Shown piece by piece: positions 22,637 through 34,999 of a DNA stretch of 64,000 nt (its first letter is position 1; every line of letters begins with the position of its first letter). The notes beneath the pieces were generated by a model, which had not been told where the DNA came from, did no database searches, and saw nothing but the letters and a program-made list of their open reading frames with translations. Origin of the DNA: Schmidtea polychroa (lineage: Eukaryota); the NCBI GenBank assembly GCA_044892525.1, contig CM097885.1:51090001-51154000 (forward strand), written 5' to 3'. A program made the translations under genes and the position numbers.

Positions 22637-23561
22637 ATTTAAATTAAGGATGATTATTTTTTATATATATTTTTAATAAATTAAAATTGAAAAAATGGAT
22701 ACAAATCTTTGTGAATTTGAGATTTTCTTTGAGATTTTCTCCATTGGGTGTCTTTTTAAAATATAATTAATATTATATTTAAACAAATTTAAACATAAAT
22801 AATGTTTTTTTAAAAAAAAATATCAAAATGGTAAAAAATGACAAAAACGGTAAAAATATCAATTGGATCGTCTTATTTATAATATTAAACTAAACAACAT
22901 TAATATTTTTTTAATAATAATTTTAATTTATTTTTAATATTATTTAAATAATATAAACATTACAAGTTATTGTTTTTGCTATCATCAGTACTATATAGAA
23001 GACGCAAAGAATTCTTTATGTACCAGTAAGAATACAATATTACTGATTTAGCTTTATTGCATACTTTCCATGGTACACTGAAAATCACATCACTTGCATA
23101 ATAGCTTGGTCACAGAAATCTGTAAACACGTAAACATAACGTATGAAAATCATAATCATCTCTGTTGACTAAAAAGAAATTAGTCAATACATAGAAACTG
23201 TTTACAAATGCATCCGTTTACCTTTAGCATTTTTAAATTATAAAGTAATGGTTTCAATTTTTTTTGTCGGATGTCTTACACTTGAATAAAATAAACTACA
23301 CATTGTTTGTGATTATAAAACTTTTTTCTCAAAATATATGGAACACAAAAGGGAAACCCGAATTATTTTAATAATATAAAATTAATTTAATAAATATTTA
23401 AATCATTATTTTTTTAAGGTGTGTTATACCCAAATTACTGTCAAAACACTAGTCACAGTAAAACCTGTCATAGAATTATGCAAACATATTATGGCAAATC
23501 ATATTATCAGCAAAATTAATTTTTATGTCCATATTGCGAAACTTTAAGTTCCGATCCCTAC

Positions 23562-26500
23562 ATGTCCTTTTATAACACGCATAAGACACATTTAAATCAA
23601 TTTGTGATGCGTAAAGATAAGCTTTTCAAAAGAAAGGTTTCCACTCACTTAATTAAAAATAAAAAAGCAAGATTGGAGAAAATAGAAAATGCAATATCAA
23701 ACTCAGAAATAATTGAAATCATGGATTCGGAGGAAGAAGATTCGATGCATGAAGAAGCTGGACGTTCAAGGCGCGAAAAAGTTGGAAGATCTGAAGAAGA
23801 AATTGATATAATAAATGGATCGTTTGAAATAATAGAAGAACTAGGTTTCAATGATCAAAACGAAAATATATCCAATGTTGACAGTGATAGTACTGACTAT
23901 GCAGATCACTACTCACTAGTTGATGACTTTCAAACAGGAGCAGGAATATCAGATGAACCGGAAATTGAATGTGATTTATACAGATCACATAGAATTATCA
24001 CACTGGACATATCCTGTTATAATATACAAAAAATAGTTATTCCACCAACGTTGTTGATAAAATTAAACGCTTGTATAAATGAAATGAAGAGCGTTAAGAT
24101 ACAGTTCGGGATCAATGCAGAATTCGTCAAAGACGGTGAGCTGAAGACTGCAAGAATTTCAAACAGAGTCACAAAATTAACAGATGACTTTTTAGATGAA
24201 GGAATCGAAAGTTTGAATGAGAAAATTGCTATTAGATCGAGTTAGGTAGCAGTTGGCGTCTTAACAGGATACTGGAGGTTAATTTTAAAATAACAAAGTT
24301 TGGCGAAATTAGTCGATTGTCTGGACATCGACATATAAGAACCCCGGCATCATTAAAGAATAAAATATTAAACATCCAAAATCAAGACAATCTGTGTTTT
24401 ATCTACAGCGTTTTGTCTATATTGAAATACGAAGACATTCATGAAAACCGTAACAGACCGTCACAATATTATCGGTACATGAATGAATTATATTACGATT
24501 CGGAAAACCCTCCGACAACATTGAATGACATAAAGAAATTTGAAGATCAGAATCCAGGATTGGCGATCAATGTTCTCTCATATTCTCTCATACGATTCGG
24601 ATGATACATATTTAAATAATGATGATGATGATGTTGTTATGAAACATCCGAATATATTCGGAGGACAAAGGTTAAAGATGTTACACCAATATATTTATTA
24701 TTATTAAGTGAAAGTAATAATTATCATTACTTTGGAGTACCTAATATCAACAGGTTAATGAACTGTCATGTATACAATAATTGTACAGTTCGAATTCAAT
24801 GTATATGGTGTGTAAATTGTCTAAATGGATTTCGGAGACAATTGACATATGACAGACATCTGGCTTTATTTAAGAAAAATCAGTTTGGGACAACTTTGTA
24901 CGTTATGCCAACAGAAAAAGAGCTCAGATTCAAAGATTGGTCGAAGAAAGTGACTCCACCTTTCGTAATCTGTGCTGATTTCGAATCTATTTTACCAGAC
25001 GATCAGCAATACCATCAGAAACACTTACCGATTTCAGCTGGACTTTTGCTGATAAACAATTTTAGCGGAGCTTCCTCATATTTTCAATTTATTGGGTTAA
25101 ATTGCATATTTGATTTTTAAAGGAAAGTAGAGGAAATAGCAGAAAATAAAGTAAATCATTATTACCAGAGAAATGGCAAACAACCTTTAATTCTCAGTCC
25201 AGCGGAACAATCCTCTTTTAATATGCAATCATTTTGTTATATATGTAAGGAACACTGTGATCATTTGGTTCGAGATCATGATCATTTCAGCGGGAAATAT
25301 TTAGGTGCGGTATGTGGAAAATGTAATCTTTCAAGAAGAGTACGTCGAGTCAGTATATTTAAGTCAGTATAAGTCAGTATATTCAGTATATATATTTAAT
25401 TTAATTTTTTTAAAGAATATTAATGACGAATAACGAAACAGGTTTAACAGATTTTAATAAGCGTATAAATAATATTTATTGACTTAAACAAAATACAGTT
25501 TAACATTAAATATTAATTCTTCTGGCTTTTGTCGTGGCAAAAATATATATAATCTCATTAAAATAAATTTTTTCAAACATTTCTCTTTCTATACTAAGAA
25601 GAGCTAAATCGTCCAGCCGTGTTTGAGTCATAGCTGCTCTTAAATACGATAAAATTAATTTTAATTTGCTGAAAGATCTTTCGCAACTGGCAATTGATAC
25701 AGAATTAAAATAATAAAGTTTTTGTGTTTTTATTTATACACTACACGTATAACTAAATATACACGTATAAGTAAATATTGCAAATAACTGAATGCACGCA
25801 CATCTATTCTAAGAAACTAATGAAGTAATAAAAAATATATTAATCTCTTAGATCTTAAGAATAATTTATTACTTAATTTTTGTTCCAAATTGGCTTCCCT
25901 AATTTTGCGCCCCCTAATTTTGGCGCCCGGGGACAAATGTTCCCTAGTAACGCCACTGCGTTGAGTGCTTCCAGTAGTATTTCATAACCTGAGAGGTTAT
26001 GATATGCATCATATTTTAAAATATGGCATAAATAAATTCCCTCACTGGAGTTTGAGTTGTATTCCGACAACATCCGAAAATTTTCTTACGCTTATTGCGC
26101 ATTGTAAGCAAATAAAGATCAAATTCATTGATTCATATCAGTTTGTAAATGAATCTTTGGATAATGCAGTAAAAACAATAAACAGTTTACCAATTACAAA
26201 TGCAGCATTTACGGGAACAATACAGGATTCAAAAGGTATTTTTCCATACAATTTTGCCACAAACCTGGAAGTTCTACGAGAAACCAGAGAATTACCACCA
26301 ATTTGGGAAGGAGTGTCACAAGCCGCATATGATAAAGCAGTGAACATATGGTCTGAAATCGGATGTGAAACCCTTTTAGACTATATGATGATATATCTAA
26401 AGTTGGATGTATATCTTTTAGCAGATTACTTTCAACAATTCAGAACTAAATCATTAGCCCATAATGAATTGGAACCTTTAAATTTTTTCGGTATTTCCGG

Positions 26501-27888
26501 AATGACATGGGCATCGGCATTAATTTCATTGGATAGACCTATTGAATTGTTGCAAGATAATGAAATGTATAATTATTGTGAAGCTGGCATTCGAGGAGGT
26601 ATGACTTTCGTTAACAAACATCAAGTCATCAGAGATGAAAATACAGAGTTATTATATATCGATATAAATAACTTGTATGGATGGGCCATATGGAAAGTTT
26701 GAATGGATCCATACTGATTTGGACACTATTCTAGAAGAGTGTAAATCAACAAACCTAGAGAATTTACCATATGGATATACGTTGGAGGTTGATATGAATA
26801 TTCCAGATGAAATTCATGATTTATTAGACGATTTACCTGTTGCACCATAGAAGATGTGTCCAGAAGGAACAAAAGTGGAAAAGCTTCTGTTAACACATTA
26901 CCCGAAGAAAAACTATGTAATTCATTGGCGATTATGGAAAATGTATATGTTTTTAGGAGTTTAAGTAACAAATATACATCGGGCAATCGAGTTTAACCAA
27001 TCAACTATTTTCAAGGAATATGTGGAAGCCAACACCAAATTGAGGGCTCAATCAACATCTGAACTGGAGACGGGATATTATAAACTATTAAACAACAGTT
27101 TATATGGAAAAACAGTGGAAAATTTAAAGAAGAGGATGAATTTAAGGTTGTGCAATTCACAAAGAAAAATGGTAACATATTCATCAAAGCCAACCTTCAA
27201 GAGAAGTATAGAGATTGCAGATGATTTAATAGCTGCAATTATGAACCCTGATGTTGTATGTTTGGATATGCCTTCGTATATTGGACAAACAGTTTTAGAT
27301 CTCTCCAAATTAAGAATGTATGAGCTGCAGTATATAGAACTACAAAAGTATCGTGAAAGGTTCAATTGTGAGATTAATATAGCAGCAGGGGATACGGATT
27401 CGTTCTTCTTGGAAATTAAGAACCTTAAATTGCAAACATTATTAGAAGCTATGATCCAACATAATCTATTGGATACATCTAATTATAATTCGTCTCATTC
27501 GCTGTATAACAGAAGATTGGATTTTGTTATAGGAAGGTTTAAGGATGAAAGTAAGGGAGTCCTATATGATGAATGGATATTTCTTCGGCCAAAGCTTTAT
27601 AGTTTGTTGGGTGGTCCAAAGAAAAATATTAAAGCCAAAGGTACTAGATTGAATGAAACTGAGATAGATCATCAATCATACATCGACTGTTTTAAAGGAA
27701 TGGAAATACCTAAAGTCATACAAACGAGGCTTGGGTCCAAAAATCATCAACTTTACACAATTAAATCAACAAAGTAGGCTCTGTCAAATAAGGATGATAA
27801 AAGGGTATGGGTGGGTCGGAACAAAGGTTTTGCATATGGACACTATGGTATAAATATTGTTGATAATGATGATAATATATTTGCATGA
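23562..27888 (+). pseudogene. polB: Protein-primed family B DNA polymerase (pPolB), multiply disrupted
   Basis: GSSW, NQDNLCFIYS, CADFES, endonuclease VII-like RDHDHFSGKYLGAVCGKCNL, FHNLRGYD, FIDSYQF, KGIFPY, YIDINNLYG, KLLNNSLYGK, DTDS, DDKR..AYGH; several stops and frameshifts, plus a hAT insertion. Confidence 0.95.
25351..25958 (-). mobile_element. hAT transposon deletion derivative inserted in pPolB
   Basis: 8-bp TSD CGTCGAGT/CGTTGAGT; ends CAGT.. and ..CGCCACTG; dimerisation motif SIASCERSFSKLKLILSYLRAAMTQTRL on the minus strand; removal restores CNLSRRVRRVLPVVFHNL. Confidence 0.9.
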
Positions 27889-28029
27889 TTATATGTGAAA
27901 TCAACTGTCAAATTTCCTCAAACAGACATTCTAATATTTATATATAAAGAGTTGTTATTGTTATTTAATAAAATATTGTACAAAAACTGTTATTTTAGTT
28001 ATTTTTGAAAATAAAGAAATGAACACCAA

Positions 28030-28380
28030 CTAATATTTATTAAACTCAAAACATAACCAAACAATACAGTGTTGTCCACATGTAACTGTTAGCGGTTCTT
28101 GATAACGAATTCTATTGTACACGATAGGTTTTGATAATTTCGACAACTTCGACACTAACAGAGGCGGATAATAGTAACCCATCGGATCAAACACTTTAAT
28201 CTTTTCAGGTTTAACAAATACTGCTAGCCAATATTCACCATCAAGACTTGAGGATTGGGTATTGACTATTAAAGCATTGTTACTTTCAAGAATAGGGATC
28301 TTATCCAGCGGATAAACTCCTAAAAACCTGTCTCCAAACAGATTTGTTGCAATACAATTAAGCTGAACAGAACTAATCAA
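28030..28380 (-). CDS. Adenain-like maturation cysteine protease (catalytic His replaced by Tyr)
   Basis: FLGVYPLD, IVNT..GEYW, FDPMG, YQ..TCGQHC. Confidence 0.85.
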   Translation of the reverse strand: MISSVQLNCIATNLFGDRFLGVYPLDKIPILESNNALIVNTQSSSLDGEYWLAVFVKPEKIKVFDPMGYYYPPLLVSKLSKLSKPIVYNRIRYQEPLTVTCGQHCIVWLCFEFNKY

Positions 28381-28444
28381 GTAAATCGTTTATTAGAAAG
28401 TAAACTTACTTCATACTTCAAATTACTCCACACTTCATCTTTGT

Positions 28445-29681
28445 TTAAACTAGGAATGACCGATTTGCTGAAATCTGTATTTCGCTTTCAAAAAATCCAT
28501 AAATAATTACATATACAGGAGATGTTAAAGCCTTGTTGAATTTAATATCAAGTCTCAGATTTCCATTTTGTGGCAATTGACTTTGATTCCAATCAAAGTC
28601 TGGAGCCAAAATGAATGTAAAGAAAGGATATTTGGTCTTAAAATCTACAATGTCGATTCCACAATTTAAATTCTTATCTAAATAACCCATATTTCGAACT
28701 ATAGATTGCGTATAGGTCGCAGCATAGTTATCGTTGTCGAAATTTTGAGTATATGTTTCGAAAATTTTCGATAAAGTTAAAGAAGTTATACTGAAATGTG
28801 CGAATTTTGAGCTAGTTTCCGTATATGAACCATTATATTGTGCATCTGATTGGAAGGTTACAAGAATAAAATTTGGCAGACGTTTATCACCAAATATTTG
28901 TTCTTTATAAAATGAAGATGAATCTTTACTTATTGCAAAGGCAACAATTTCTTTGGTTTTGATAGGATAAATTGCATGTTGTGAATTAAGACCAATCTGA
29001 TGGCCTGCCAACACTGATGACTCAACTCGTACACGGCGAACCATTAATTTTGCATCAACCAACTGATATTTTGGTGATGCTCCAGCTACAGATGTATCCA
29101 AACAAAATTTTGAGTCTGATCTCTTCATACGAATATGTACATTAACTCCTGGAAGTCAATATTTAGGCTGATCCATAAAATCTAGTTGTAATGATGAACA
29201 CATTGAAAACAGTCTTGATTTCGCAATCCATGTTTTCCTAAAATCTTTACTTCCATAACCCATCGGCACAAGACAAATACTTTCTGTATCTCCGTTATAG
29301 TTTAAAATTGTTTCAATTAAAGCTTTGTGTGCATATGTGTTGTTGCCACCTTCGATTTTGATATTATTAAAACGCAGAATAACATCTTTAAAATGGAGTA
29401 TGAAACATGTAGTTGGTTGCTATTACATCAACACCATCTGCCAGATCTTTATTGTCTTTATCTACAACCTTCAGTTGACTGGATAATAGAGTGTCATTCA
29501 AATCTAAATATTCAGTCTGTGAACCGTTAACAAAAAATTCTACATCATTCCTTGAATCAGTAATTGAATTCATAGGAAATACATCTTCAAATATTCCATT
29601 TTCAATTACTACTTGTGGAGACGGAAGATCAAAAATACACAATTTAGTTTTACCGGAGATCATCATTTTCGACCTTTCCAT
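28445..29681 (-). pseudogene. Double jelly-roll major capsid protein (disrupted)
   Basis: IFDLPSPQVVIE, YLDLNDTLL, QPKY*LPGVNVHIRMKRS, GNLRLDIKF; one frameshift and an in-frame stop. Confidence 0.88.
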
Positions 29682-30025
29682 CTTTTGTTTATACGAGATT
29701 TTCGTCGCTTACTCAAAAATTGTTTAGGTGTTGATGTTGGAGGTTTTTTAGTTTCATTTGGTTTAGAAATCTTTGCTGCACTTGGCATCAATTTTCCAAT
29801 TTTATTCATTACATGTCTTTGCAATGTTAGTAATATTTTTTGATCTTTCATTATCACATCCTTTGCTGTTCTCATGCCAAATGAACCAATTTTTTTAAGT
29901 ATTGGAAGTGCGAACCTTCCAATTGTTTGCAACCATCCGAATCCATATTGCTTACCCATAAAATATGGTAATTCTCCACCAGTTTGGCTATCACTATATA
30001 ACGACACAATATCAGGATTAGACAT
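29663..30025 (-). CDS. Conserved small Maverick virion core / membrane-active-like protein
   Basis: QTGGELPYFMGKQYGFGW..RFALPILKK motif with a basic tail, located between mCP and MCP. Confidence 0.7.
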   Translation of the reverse strand: MSNPDIVSLYSDSQTGGELPYFMGKQYGFGWLQTIGRFALPILKKIGSFGMRTAKDVIMKDQKILLTLQRHVMNKIGKLMPSAAKISKPNETKKPPTSTPKQFLSKRRKSRINKRWKGRK

Positions 30026-31016
30026 TCACCTTTCGAAAATGTAAAGTCAAATGGGTTTTTGAATCTTTTGAAAAGTTTATCAATTTTCCAGAATCATCAC
30101 GTATATTAATTTCTATATTGTTTATACATGATGTTGCAACAGATAAATACATAGGATTTTCAATCGTTATCTGTACCACTTCATCTTTTTTATGCTTTTC
30201 AACCCATACTGCTTTCAATAGAGGAACACTTACATCACCAACAATTACAGATTCAACAATATTACTATAAATGAACATTTGCTGATGAAGTTTAATTATT
30301 TTTGGTTTCGATGTTCCTTCGTGAACTTTTAAGTTTTGTATATACGTTTCTTTTGATAATCCAAATGTCTTTACCAAATTAGAGTCAAATTTCATTTGGC
30401 CAACAGTCGGATTCATTTGAAATTTAAAAAATGTGTCTAATTCAACAACAGCGAAAATATTTGCACAATGTTTTGTTAAATAAACTTGTATTTGATCAAG
30501 ATCTGTAATATACAAATCATCTTGAAATGTATAGCTGTGCTCAACAGCTTTGTTATACAAGAGTTGAAATTTGAATATAGCATCAGTTTTTGGAAGAGTA
30601 TCAATATCAAATTTCACCGTTTCATCAAAAGTGTTACGCAATAGAGTAAATCCTAGGCGTTAAGGTTTCAAATAAAAATTGAAATGGTCGCTTCAAACAT
30701 TGAAAGTATAAATATCTATCCTCAACATATATTATCGCATTTGTATTTGCTTGATTGATCATTTCATAGCTATCTTGAATTATCTTCACTTTGACAATTT
30801 CTGATACTGATTCCATCTTGGTATATTCAATCTTGGATTTACTGTAAAACGGAAAGAGATTGTATACAAATGTAAAATCCAACAAGGACACTTCCCAACT
30901 ACCATTTAAATAGATTGGATTTTGAAGTTCGACAATAAATTTACTAGCATTGTTATTTGAATGGATTAAAGGAGAGCTATTGCTGGGTAAAATCATGTAA
31001 AAATTAGTTTTATTCA
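30018..31016 (-). pseudogene. Minor capsid (penton) protein, frameshifted near 30640
   Basis: FYMILPSNSS..LNGSWEVSL at the N-terminus; FIYSNIVE..VGDVSVPLL..IRDDSG..LHFRK at the C-terminus. Confidence 0.85.
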
Positions 31017-32036
31017 TTTCAACTGAGATTCCAATATCCAAGTATGGTTTTGATAACCGTGCCATTTGACATAATATTGTTTATGCTTCCCTTTTCCTCT
31101 GGTCTTTAGAATTTCTTGTATTCTAAAAGTTGTAGGACTTGGAATAACTTGTAATTCTTGTTCATAAAATTTACTTATAATTTCATTGTTATCATAATCC
31201 TTAATGACATACATTATTGGACTCTGTTTAGTGTTAATCTTCAAAATTTGAAAAACTTCGTCGCTCCAATTACTATCAAAGTTTTTAATGAATGGAGAAG
31301 CACTAATTTTTGATATTCTTACATAATCACTGATTTTATATTTTGCTTTCTTGGGTTTTGGAACTTGTCGAGATAACCATAATTTGACTTGATTATCATT
31401 TGAAACATCAACTGGTCTTAATCCATTTAAACCGCGGTGCGAGGAATGATTATATGAATGAATTAGATTTTGTAAAACATGTTTCCATGTCTTCTTGCCT
31501 TGATGTACAAAATACTTTTTCAATTTATCTCTCAATGTACGATTAAATCGTTCGACATAGGTTGCCTTATATTGAGAATGAACAGTGTAGTGATTTACAT
31601 GATTTTCTTTTAGAATTTGTTTAACTTTACTGTTGTAAAATTCCTTGCCCAAATCAGTTTGCAAATTATTGGGATGTCCGTCAGCCAATAAACTCTTTAT
31701 TGCTTGAGCAATTTCACTAGCAGATTTAGTTTTAACAGGTATAGCTCTCGCAAATCGGCTAAATATGTCAATACATGTTAAAATATATTTGTAACCTTTG
31801 TTGATACTGGAATATGGAATCATTTCCAACAAATCCGCTTGCCATAAATCATCAATACCAAATGTTTTATATGCTCTTGTTGGAAATCTTTTTAACATCG
31901 GTTTGTTGAGACTGTATGCAAGTTGGCTTGATAACCAATTTCTTGTCTCTTTCTTTGATTTCTTGATTGCTTTCTTTAGTCTGTCGATTCCGCCGAAAGA
32001 TGCTGGGTCTCTTGGATTTGTCCAAATTTTCTCCAT
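31014..32036 (-). CDS. int: Retroviral-like (RVE) integrase with C-terminal chromodomain
   Basis: WQADL, CIDIFSR, QTDLGKEF, VERFNRTL; chromo motif YYVKWHGY..TW; start taken at MEKIW. Confidence 0.93.
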   Translation of the reverse strand: MEKIWTNPRDPASFGGIDRLKKAIKKSKKETRNWLSSQLAYSLNKPMLKRFPTRAYKTFGIDDLWQADLLEMIPYSSINKGYKYILTCIDIFSRFARAIPVKTKSASEIAQAIKSLLADGHPNNLQTDLGKEFYNSKVKQILKENHVNHYTVHSQYKATYVERFNRTLRDKLKKYFVHQGKKTWKHVLQNLIHSYNHSSHRGLNGLRPVDVSNDNQVKLWLSRQVPKPKKAKYKISDYVRISKISASPFIKNFDSNWSDEVFQILKINTKQSPIMYVIKDYDNNEIISKFYEQELQVIPSPTTFRIQEILKTRGKGKHKQYYVKWHGYQNHTWILESQLK

Positions 32037-32097
32037 TGCAACAATTTGAATTAAAATCAAGTATGAAATTCCGTAATGAAGGACTACCACCCATTGT

Positions 32098-32615
32098 TTA
32101 TGAACTTCGACTTCCTAATAAACCTGCTCCACCTAATAAAGATAATGCAAGAGAAATTAATGCAGCTATAAATCCTCCTTGTTGTTTATACATAATCTTT
32201 CTCATTTGTTTTATGTTTTTGCTATTTACAAGTGATAGAAGTGATTTCTTGTGTTTTCACAAAATATGTTTTCTTGCACTGCTAATATTTATCTTACCAT
32301 GTACAACTTTCATTATAATATCAAATAAATCATCGATCACAAATGTAGGGAATGTTTGTAAAATTATCATTCTTGATTATTTAGGAGCCTTCAGTAAAGA
32401 ATTAAAATATGGTAAGCTTCTTGGAATTTTGACTTTCTAGATGCTATAAAATCTTTAGGTTTTTGTTTTGATAATTGAAACTCTTTTGGTTCAGTGTAAC
32501 TGGTTTTCAGTGGAATTTTATTTGCAATTTTATTTGTAATTTTCCTCTTCTTACGCTTTGCAATCAAATTTTTCAATTTCTTTGAAGGTTTGACAATTAC
32601 TTTTTGAAAAGACAT
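32098..32615 (-). pseudogene. Conserved basic Maverick protein ending in QQGGFIAALISLAL (disrupted)
   Basis: Minus frame LLKAPK*SRMIIL..HGKINI..*KHKKSLLSL..YKQQGGFIAALISLALSLLGG. Confidence 0.6.
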
Positions 32616-32634
32616 TATTAATCTTTTCAAGTGA

Positions 32635-33263
32635 TCAACTTTGTTTATATACTGTTGCACCGTTTTTGTTAAATATATCTGTTCGAACTCGTAATTCATC
32701 CGAACATTTTTGGGTAAAGTCTAGAAAAAAATATCCATGGGGAATTTTAGTTGCATCTTGAAATGCTTCTAGTAAGAACTTCCTATTGTTTGGGTATGCT
32801 TGTCTTGCTAGAAAATCAATAACTGTTGCATCTCTAGGGTTTTTAAAAATTGTTAGATAATGTACATTTAAATTACGAGTTCTATGATTTCCTCCTTGAT
32901 GGAAAAGATTTTGGGTTATAAAAATAACTGTAACTCCAACATGTCTAGAAATCTTTGTAAACAAATTATTAAATTCCTTTTCTTTGTTGGCTTCTTGATA
33001 TAAATCATCAATGATGATGACATCTCTCTTTTGTAAACGTTCTGTCCAATTTTTATCAAACCCTTTTATAATTTTCATTTGAACTTTACAGAATTCTGTA
33101 AAACCATTTTCAAACCATTTTCAGTTTCTGAACCTCGATGCCAATATATTTTGTTGAATTTTTCAATAAACAAATTAGACTGAAGCAATTTACATACAAA
33201 ACGCGTTTTACCGCTTCCACTAGGACCGACAATTTGATAAACAGCTTCATTTTGTAATTCCAT
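32635..33263 (-). pseudogene. A32/FtsK-like genome-packaging ATPase, frameshifted near 33080
   Basis: Walker A GPSGSGKT, Walker B IIIDD, SRH, ITQNLF, FKNPRD. Confidence 0.92.
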
Positions 33264-33315
33264 TTAAAAAGATGTACTACAAATATTGTTTATATAATGA
33301 GTCGAAAAACATGTT

Positions 33316-34067
33316 GAAATAGTTAATATTTTTTAAATTGCGCGCGAAAAATAATTTTTAAAGCAAAGATTCGAGATCTCTGATTTTAATTACGTATAAA
33401 ACTAAAACATTGGTATTAATATCTCTATTTATGTTGGCTCTATATATTAATCAAATGAGTTTATTTAAACAAATATTCATAGTTGACGCAATAACAGTAT
33501 ACATTTGAACAAAGATTTGAAATCTCCATTCAAAACTACTATAGATAGCTCAAAGTCCCATCAAAATATGTAAATTTTACGATGCATTGTCATAAATAGA
33601 ATCGTTGAAAATATTTTTGAGAATTATCGATTGTTTTTACCTTTTCTTAATTCCAGGGAGAACCAAGAAACTTTTCGAGGATATTATTTCTGAATCTTCT
33701 TAGTTGAATCAAGACGCAACTTTTTCGTGAAGGATGTCTCGATTAAATATACTTGGTTCCCAATGTTCCAAAAATTATTCCCTAAAAACGTGAAATTTAT
33801 ATCGAAAAGAAATCTTTTCGTTGATTTTCATATAAAATAATCTGTGTCGACAAATAACAAATCTTTTTCGTGGACAATGTCTGGGTGAAATCTTTAATGT
33901 AAGAAAAGCACATCTGACTAAATTTTGCAGATTTTGCACTTTTTGCACTTAAAAATCAATATATGCGCGATAACTCATCGATCAAACGCGCAATAACTCA
34001 TCAGCAAGGGGGGTATATATGCGCGATAACTCATACTGATTCATGGGGCTCACATCTACCTACTACT
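33316..34067 (-). repeat. Maverick right terminal inverted repeat
   Basis: Matches the left TIR; ends in ACTACT (AGTAGT on the minus strand). Confidence 0.95.
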
Positions 34068-34999
34068 GAATGAAAAAAAGAGTAATTCGCTTTTTAAGCC
34101 TTTAAAAAATTCATACATTTATTGCAAATTTTCTCGTTAATAATGTAATAAATATTCCTAAAATAAATAATTTATTCCACTTATTATATCTATATTTAAA
34201 AATATTTTTTTTAAATAAAAAATATATAAACTAAATCGTTTCAAAGTAATATTTTGTTAAAAAATTAGGTTTTTTGACCACTTCAGTTTATTAAATAAAT
34301 AACCTTCTCTAACATAATATGAAAATATTCTACAAATATCAAATGAAAACCTATTAAACATCTCATTTGAGATTAAAAGTGTTAATTTTAACATCTATTT
34401 AAAAAAAATTACGAAGTCAATTGTGATTTGCTTTATTGAAATTATAGAAATCAAGTTTGGCTTTGGACAATTTGTACGAGCATGAATAAAATATTGTGAA
34501 TAATTTAATTACATTTTACCAAAAGGTTTACCAATGTACAGACAAATTTATACAGATTGGAGAAGTAGTAAAAGAAAACTGGTTAAAATAAGGCAAAAAT
34601 TTGCTACTTGAGACAATACATTCGTGAAAACTGTATATTTAATGTATATTCACTTTGTGGTAATTATAAATTAAATTAAATTAATTTAAATTGATTAAAA
34701 GGAATAAATTACTAAAAATAGTAATTTGGTTTAAATGTAAAGAATTGATATTAAATTAAATTAATATTATTAAATATTGTATATTCAGAATTTATTTATC
34801 TAAGATTAAGAATCAAAAAATATCAAAAAATATTAAAAGATAATGCAGAAATCTTTATTTTTTTTTGGAAACGTTTTCGATGATTAAATTTAAAAGTTCC
34901 AAAGAACAATTATTATTTGACTGTTATAATGGATTAATTTATTGAACCCAGCAGAGTCTTCTTTAAAAACTGTACCAGGACATCTGAGGTGTGTGTGTG

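Larger units (their letters stand above)
18761..34067. mobile_element. Maverick/Polinton (adintovirus-like) element, ~15.3 kb, defective
   Basis: Long TIRs, right end ...CTACTACT, and a full gene set: pPolB, protease, MCP, mCP, RVE integrase, packaging ATPase. Confidence 0.96.

Noticed and set aside
31014..31140. Chromodomain on the Maverick integrase
   Set aside because: Common feature of Polinton integrases
31798..32440. Plus-strand ORFs overlapping the integrase region, and similar antisense ORFs over pol, exonuclease and pPolB
   Set aside because: Shadow ORFs opposite recognisable genes
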